Positions 24,001-33,000 of a stretch of 64,000 bases of DNA are shown here, piece after piece. The notes below the pieces were generated by a model that saw only the letters and a list, made by a program, of their open reading frames with translations, was not told where the DNA came from and did not search any database. Origin of the DNA: Patescibacteria group bacterium (GTDB lineage Bacteria; Patescibacteriota; Microgenomatia; UBA10105; UBA927); NCBI GenBank assembly GCA_049322955.1, contig JBMOPU010000012.1, positions 211,581 to 275,580 of the forward strand, given 5' to 3'. Each line of letters opens with the position of its first letter. Within the stretch, counting starts at the first letter, position 1. Both the position numbers and the translations under genes were made by a program.

Positions 24001-27000
24001 CTCTTGCCGATAAACTGGCCTCAATTTCCAAAGAAGAGCATCTGTATGCACTTCCCACCCAAGGGAGAGCGATTATTGCCGCGGCAACGCCCCAGATGAT
24101 TGATGGCGTTACCTATTATGACATCAACGTGAAAGGCGTCGGGAATACCGGCAACTCACAATGGGGAGGATTTATTTCTGACGGCGAGTTAGTACCGACG
24201 GGTGGAGGAAGAAATATAAGCGGTTACACGGAAAGATCATGGGAAATGGCTGCGACAGAGAAAGCACGTGAATTTGGTCTGCGTTCTCCTGTCGTGATTG
24301 CAATTACTGAGCCGGAAGAGCTCATATATGAAGGAGAAGTCCAGCCGTTGCAAAATATTTTGCAAAAAAATACCAGCTTGCCTGATGCATTCAAGCCTAT
24401 TCAGATACTTGTTGCATGGAGAAACGCCACGCGCATCATTGATTTGTTCGGGGGTTTTACCCAGAATTCAGAATTAAATCCATTTTCTATGGTCATGGGA
24501 AGCTCGGAACGATATCCCGCTATTACTGATGCGCTTCCGCCGGGCTTTGATGAGCCACTTTTTACAAAAGTTTTTGGTTCACTGAAAAAAACTGCAGAAC
24601 CGCACCTTCTCATCGCGGCAAAACGCCTGAGCATTGAACTTGGAAAAAATTTGAGTATCAGGGACTATCTGACCGAGGTTGACAAACTTCTTATCCAAAA
24701 TTTTCGATTGATGGTACGGCATAATATTTTACAGCACAATCTCACCGCGCAAAATATTTCGCTGGCGGGTGAATTTGGTGATTGGGGAGACGCATTTTCA
24801 TTTAATGGTCAAGTACTGACACCTGAACAGGAGCAGAAAGTTCGGATTTCAGATTTCCATTCATTTTATGAAGCATACGTGATGCTACATCTGGCGGGAG
24901 GTGATAGAAACATCCCGACCATCTCTGAGTTCTATCGTACGGTAATCGCGCAGACGGCGCGTAATACGGCATTTTATCCTGCTACATTCGACCGGTTTAT
25001 CAATGCGGGCGTTAATGAAAATTCCGTCGAGGGAAAAGCAACAATAGCCCGTAATCGTGCAAACGTGCAAAGATACGCACAAAAAATGTCCCGCATACGG
25101 AACGCATACTTTGATACTCCTACTCATAGGATACTTCAGGTCATAGAGTCGATAGGCAAGCGGATGAATCCTCTATGGCTCAGTATCCGGGGAACGATAA
25201 ATAAATTGATTGCGGACGCGCGAAGTGATGTACGCCTCCAACAGAACCGTTTTCGTAATTGGCTCGATGTTATGCGTCTTTACGCGGAACCGTATCCGCA
25301 AAATGACTCATTGGTGCAGATTGCCGAAGAGATAGTCAGAGAAATAGACGGTTCTTTTCCCAATACCGCAGGAAGTGTCCGATCACTTGCCGCACAAAAC
25401 AATCTATCAGAGCTGACGATATACCTCGAAGAACGGGTTGATCAGCTCGAAGACGCGGCGGGCCCCAAATTGGGAAGATATCTCCGAAATCGTATTGATC
25501 GACTGCACTTTTTAGCGACACCTGCTCCATTATGGAGGCAGATAATCAACAGGGTATTACGATGGTGGGGAAATCAGCAGGTTGTGTATTTTGCCGAACC
25601 GACACAGACAAGATTTTGGAACATGGTGGAAGAGAAAATAAACAGCTTAGTCGGCCGCAATACGAATGATGTTTCGCTGTCTCCTCAAGAAGCAGAACAA
25701 AGAGCGGATGCATATTTTGCCTCGGAAGATGCACGGGATATGGCGTCGACTATTTCATTACACATCGAGGCGATGCAGTATCAGGAGCGGTGGTCAGATA
25801 CCGGTATGCCGGAGGAAATATTTCGAGATTTGATAAATGCCGCGCTCGCAAAAGAGCAGGAATACCGGGAATTTCCAACACAAGTGAAGTTGCTTATTAA
25901 TACACGGGTAGAAGCATTTGTTGCGGGCAGAGTCAACAATATGCCTGATCTTCGCCCGTTCACCACGCGTGAGCGTTTAGCTTATCTTTTCCGATCGATC
26001 TTTAACCCTGTGCTCAATCGCTTGGACATTTATCGTTCGCGCTATTATCGGGATAGGGTAACTATCGCATCGCTTTTTGCGCTTCAGCCTGCAATTGATG
26101 ATCGTGAAGCCGACGCGTATTCAAAAGCTGCGGTTGAGCGTTTGAAGAATGCGAGAACAACCACACAACAGCTTGTTCTTGACCAACACAAACAGAAAAT
26201 AGAACGAAGAAATTTTGATTTTACGGCAAGAGACAATGCATTCCGTCGGGCAAAAAACCGTGAACTGAATGCACAGTTGTACCTCTGGTGGCGACGGCCA
26301 TTTTTGCAGTTATCGAAGGCATCTGCCGCGATAAAACTCTATCGTGCGGGAGTGTCAAATCCGATTGCTTTGCTTACGCACCTTGAACGCACGGGGAGTG
26401 ACGATATTTTTTCCTATGATTTTAAAGAAAACGGCGAGCAAATTACCGGTCTTGATTATGCGCGGTGGATAAGAGCAAACACTTATTCGGAAATTCCCTA
26501 TATACGCGTTACGGAACGGCTTTCACAACTATTCACTTTTCCTTCATTGTTCGGTTTTGTTATCCCGGACATAAAGGATGAGCTGAATGAGTTGGGGAGC
26601 TACTCCGATGAAATCTTTCAAACCGTTCTCGCCGAGCTGGATAGGTATCCTTTCTTATCGAACTCATTCACCAGTCCCTATACCTATAGAAACAATGATA
26701 AGTACGGAAGCGGTCATATTGCCTCACCGTCATTCATCTTTTTCCTTCAATTATTACAACAGGGAGGGCTTAGCGAGAATCAAAGACGGATATTCGGTAT
26801 GGCGCAACTTATCAGTGATTACGGCTTCGGAGACGTGCTTCCCGAGATGGGGAATTTGGAACAAAATGAACAGTTGCTTACTGATTTATTGACGGTTATC
26901 GAGAATATCTATGCACACAAGGACATGACGACCCTTCCTGGATTTGGTGGTGGTAACCGTCGTGATTACAATATGGAACGAAATCTTGGACACCTTATTA

Positions 27001-30000
27001 AAACCGGTGACCTTACCATTCTGGCGACACTCATAAAGAGCGGCTACGTGGTGGGATTCCAAACCTGGAAGGATCTTCATGAAAGCTACACGGAAGAGTC
27101 ATTCAAGAATACAAGGCTTGAACAAAAGCTTGAAGCGGCAAAAATGCTTATCGACCCCATAACGGGATTAGTCGATATCAGCAAGATTCGAAGCAGTACG
27201 AGTCAGGCGCCGGAAATCGATACGGTTGATCGTGATGCCGCTTTTCTTCAAATTCAACCCGAGCTGAATGCCTTTATTGACGGATTACCAATCAACGATC
27301 GTGATTATCTCATACGGAATTATTCGGAATTTACTAAAGAAGACAGCAAATGGGTGCCGACAGAGCTCAAGGCAAAAATTAATGCGATTAGCGATGGGGA
27401 TAATATATCCTATCGCGAGATCAAGCAGTACACGATTCGGCGCCTTATGACGGTAAATTCCGTTGTACAAGAGCGATTATTCCGGACGGCATTCCAGCAG
27501 GCGGAGATATCTCAGCAGGACATGGAGGCAATAGCCGAAACGTTTGATGAAGCAGACCGGGATTTTTGGCAAATGGTATTTTCCTATCCGCGGGAGAACC
27601 GCACGAGGCTTGTGATGTTTAAAGACAGTTTCCTTGGTAGTACCAAGGAAAAAATGGTAAGCCAGGGTTCCTACGGTCGGATGTTGGCTGACTATATTTT
27701 GCAGTTAGATAGGTTGGCGAACACCACAATGTTTGAGTTGGAGAGATTTTTGCTTAATCCGAACCTCGAGTTGAGAAAAGAAATTATCGGGTTTGCTTCA
27801 GATAACAACAGCACGCTTCGAGACGCAAAACGAACACTTCTTATTCGACTGCATGATCGAAACCTCAAACCTGAAATCATTCAGTACTTACTGGGGTATA
27901 TCCAGAAAAATGTACAGCGCGATGCGCGGCTCGATTACATCCGCGGTCTCACCAATGTACTGAACGCAAAGGGGATGGAGGGAACAGATCTTGCCGACTG
28001 GAGGCTCCTTATAGAAGATTATATTCCCACTTTTGGATTCCTGGCACAGGAAAATATGATTATTATCCATAGACATTTGGCAAATGGCCGCCCACTTAGG
28101 GGTCCGCATCTGGGTCCTTACCTTTCCGAACCCGGTACATTGCAAGTCACTGAGACGGGAAGAAAAGGGATCGATCAGCTTTCTGCAGCAGTGAAACGGA
28201 TCAGAAACCGCATTTTGTCCGAGAGGACTATTTTCCCGGAAGATGTGGAATCAAATGTCGGAAAAGCGCTGGTGGGCGCAATCACCGGTTTCTCAACCGC
28301 CACCTGGGGGCACGGTTCGTCGAGGGGATTGGATATTGGTGAATTTGTCCGTGAATTCAAAGCACAAGAAGCCGCCGGAAATATTCCCAAACTGGATGAG
28401 GCCTTTGCGGAAGAAGCCGAGTTTAAAGTGCGGTTTTCCAAAAAAGTTGAATATTCCCAGGAAACCACCAGTGTGTATCAGGGATTTGTCTCTCTCATTA
28501 CATCAGCGATGAATGGAGGCAAGAGTGAGGCAACGGTATTTGCCTCAAACAAAGCAAACATACTTTCGCTTCTTGATAAGAAGATTGTCGATCTTACGGC
28601 CGCAATCGCCGCAAAACCATCCGCAAAAGACTTCATTGAAAAGCAAATCGCACAATATCAGACGCTTCGCACCGCCGTTGATGGAGCCACCGATACGATG
28701 ACATTACTCCCTGTTTTAGTGAGTACGCGGGGCATTAAGGTGAACCAGGTTGAAGGACTGCCGCAGGTGATACAGATGATGATGTTTGATCGGGTATTTC
28801 GTTTGTACCCACAGCTTGCGGAAGATTTTAATCAGCTCTTTACCGCAAGTGAAATTACCGTAGGAAGTTTGGCAAAAATGATTGAACTACGAAATGTATT
28901 TATCAAAGACCATTTGCTTGAAAAGGTGGAGGCAAACGCGAAAAAACAATTATTGGATATCATCAACACAAAAGAACTCGAAGATGCCTTAAAGCTGACG
29001 CAGGAAAGCGAAAATCAATCCGTGGTGGTGCGAGTGTTTGCCACCAAAGGCATTTTGGGAGAATTAGCGGGCGATATCGGTAACGCCTGTTATACAAAAC
29101 AATGCAACATCATGAGCCAACCGATAACGGGTCTTATCTTTACGACGGGTGAAGGGGAGGAGCGGGTGCTGATCGGTTCGGCATTGGTGCTCGAAAACAC
29201 CGTAGAGGGCAAGCCGGTACGTATTCTTCGTGCGCTAAATCCCCGTGAAGAATTTGCCGAGCAATTTAATATGAATGACTTTTCGAATGGTGTATTGGCC
29301 TATCTTGAACATGTGACGGGAAAGATAGGCGCCAAAGTGGTAGCGCCGGTGCGTGTAGCGGGTGCGATGTCCAATAGGCCGACGGTGCCCACGGCGCTCA
29401 TTAATTTTATCGATGGTAATCCGAGTATTCTTGATAAACGTGAAGATTTTAACGGATACGACATAACAAACGGAACGTTGCCGATGGCGAGTAAGCCTGA
29501 GGAATTGCAGGGTTTTGCCCTGGGGACTGCGAAGGTAACCCAAACTGCGGAAGAAGTACAACAGAGCAAGGGAATTATTGAAACGCTTACTCAAGCATTC
29601 CGGCAGGTTAATCTTGGATCTTGTTTCTCCATGAGTCCGTTAGTACAGCGCGTCTATGCGGCGGACGATGAGTCAGGGAATACTTGCAGTCCGTTCTTTA
29701 GAGCGCCGTGGAGAGTAGTTTGGGATTGGATAAGAAATACTTTGGGAGCGAATAGTAAAAATGCACCAGCCGTTATCGGGAAAGGAAGGCATACGGAAGC
29801 GGAATTGGTGATACTTCGTGATCGAGTCATGTCGGCATTTCCGGATCTGTGGAAAAACGAAGATGCCATTCTTACTGAATTACCCCAAGAGACCTTGAAT
29901 GATCTTCGCGAAATCATACTTTCAGATGGATTTACCGAGGATTTTCGAAACAGTGTTGCGACGGAGATCAGCAATAATGTAGTGCGGTGGGATTCACCGC

Positions 30001-33000
30001 TTGCGCAACAAATCCTTGCCTTGTCGACACAATTGCTTGATGAGATTAACAACCAGTATCCGAGAGAGATTCCCTGGAGTGATTTTGATACCGTCGGTTC
30101 TATGATCAGTTCTATTGCCGTATTAAATGTCACTCAGTTCCATCGGGTGATGCCCGATAAACGGATAGTTGATCTCATGGGTGAGATATTAACAAAACTT
30201 GACGCCGCCTTGGTTGCGCGAAATAGCAGATTGATCGTGCGGATTCGTCCATCACTTCGTGAAGAAGTAGATATACGGCATCATGAGGAAATTGACTCGG
30301 CGCGACACAAATTCCAAGATATGTTATTTCATACCTTAACCCTCGTTCCGGAAACGGAGCGAGTGGCCTTTTACGAGAAATATATTTTCCCCGGGATGCC
30401 TATATTTGAGGGGCGTATTACGGAAAGCATTGTGAGCATGATGTTCGGTTATATCAACCAGTCTAAGGAGCTTGCAGACATCGGGTTACTTGAACGGTTT
30501 ATCGGAGATATGGGGGAGTATTTGTTCACTGTTTCCGACAATATATATGCGTTTGAGGCCATTGCCACCGCTTACTTGAATACCGTAACCAGCGGATATG
30601 TGTCCGTGAATGATGCACAGGTTAAAAATATTGTTGCCGCAACCAAAGTCATCGAAGCGGCCGAGGATACATTAGACACCGTAAAGTTACGGTGGTACTC
30701 AGATCTATATACGTGGCGGAAAAGACCGGGTATGTACCAAGTCTTTCTGGAGTTATACGGCAAAGATGCCGCAGATGCACTAGTCCATGAGCCGTCCTAT
30801 ATGACAATGGCGCAGTTCAATTCATATCTCAATGTCGTACGTAAAAACGGTATTGACGGGCCGATCACTAAAATGCTTCATGACCTCATGCGTTCGTATG
30901 TATCAGAGAGTCTCGTGCCGAGTTGGATAGACGAAAAGCATAAACCGGCGATAGTCAATTACTTCATGTTGCACCCTGAAGATCGTGCACGGGTGATCGC
31001 AATACTTGCGAATCAGGGCTTCCGCGCCGCTGTAAGCTCCGATCCGGCATTGGAAATGGGCTTAAGCAGTATCTTCCTTTTGGAGAATCGTATTGATCAA
31101 GTTGAGGCGTTGATGCTACAAAACAACTTCACCCGCGAGGCGCTGTTACCGGTATTTCAGGGGGTAACATTTAATTCATATCTGCAAAACAGGCAACAGG
31201 ATTGGCGAGCAGTCTATGATATCACCGGACAAATTACCGGATTACCGGCAAGTACCACGCAGGGTCATGGCGGTATCATACAAAGCATCGGACGAAGAGA
31301 CTATCAAAATTTTGTTGCAGTCATAAAGGTGGGGGATTACGTACGATTTGATATGGCTGATAACGCCTCATACTTGAGTGATGAACATATTGTGCAAGCG
31401 GCACGAGCCCTTATTTCAGCCGGGGTACCGAGAAACTTGTTATGGACGAGGCGTGCCGTTACCGCCGAGGAGAAACCGATAACACTAGAAGACATTGCGT
31501 ATAAAAACGGTTTATCAACTCTATTCTATCCGTATGCCGCCGTATGGGTAGGACAAGATGAAAACGTGCCCATTTCGTGGTCACGCACCACGAGCGGCAA
31601 GCGCGAGCGGAACGTATTTTACCTTGAACAGGGGTTAAATACCGTAACGGTGACCATTCCCGACGGTACGGAAATAGACGTACGAAAGATTGCGCGAATG
31701 CTTATGAAAAGCGGTTTTCCGATTAGTCAGGAAATCACCGTGATAGATGAAAATAAAGGTAACCCGCAGACGTATCCGTACGTACTGAAGCAGGCCGGAG
31801 CATACTATGAAGTCGGCGATGTGTTTGTTGCTCAGGAGACGATGCTAATTCGGGATATCACCCCTGAAACGGTGACATACTCAACCGTTGAGAATGGGAA
31901 AGTAGTCATGCATCAGATGGGTCATGGCGCGTTTGATGCTTCGTTGCTTGATGTCGAGCCATTGAGGATTCCGAAACAGCGCGTAGCATTTACCGATATA
32001 TCTCTTGCATCAAATCCAAATCAGTTTTTGTCGGCATTAACAAGGGATAGTATAGCCGTTATGCGTACGGATGGAGTTGTTGTATTGGCGAATGAAAACA
32101 GAGGGAATCCCATCGGTCACAATACCCTCCGACAGGCGGCATTATTGGAAATTCCCGAGGCAAATCTTCAAATTGTGTACACCCGTGATCAAAATACCAT
32201 GGCAATTTCCGGTGATATTTTGGAAATCCGTCAATTCATGTCGTTACTTCGTAAGGCTGAAAATATTCCGAATATTCGGATGGATATCACCATATTCGGA
32301 TTCGATCCGGGCAATATGAAAGGGCAACTTGCCGATATGCTTGCACACGCCTCGTTGCAGGATATTCCGATTCGTGTACAGACCATAAAGAATGGATCCA
32401 AAAGTGCCATTTTTACCCGATTGGTAACGCCGCTTAACTCGACGGCAGGATTTGTCGGCATTCTTCAAAAGAACGGCGACTTTGTGTGGTCAAGAGAGAC
32501 AAGTTCGTTGGAGTTATTGGAATCCGAATCGCGTATAAATCCCGTCGAGGTTGCCGTACGAATACTTTATTCCCCGGCTGATCATCGTTGGGAGGTTACA
32601 GGTACGGGGGAGGGAATACAAACCTTTATTAATTTTGTCCGCAGTCAGGATCTTCATTTCTCTAATCAATTTACGATTCACTCATCCGATAACGCAGACA
32701 TGAATTTTAACGGCTCACTTCAGGAACTTATGGATTCATCTATCGGGAAAGAACAGACAAGCGCCGCTGAAGCGGCGATAGAGGATGTTCAGGAAATTAT
32801 AATCACAGCGGGAGAAAAGGGGTGTTTCTCCGCAAATCCCTTTGTTTCCCGTGTCTATGCGGCAGATGTTGCCGATAGTGCGGACGAGCTGTTTGAGGGG
32901 AATACCTGTCCGCTTTTCTTACGACCTCCGATGTATGTGCTGAAACAACTTTGGAAATACCGCGGAACGGTCGGAAAGATCCTGTCGCTTGACGCATTTA

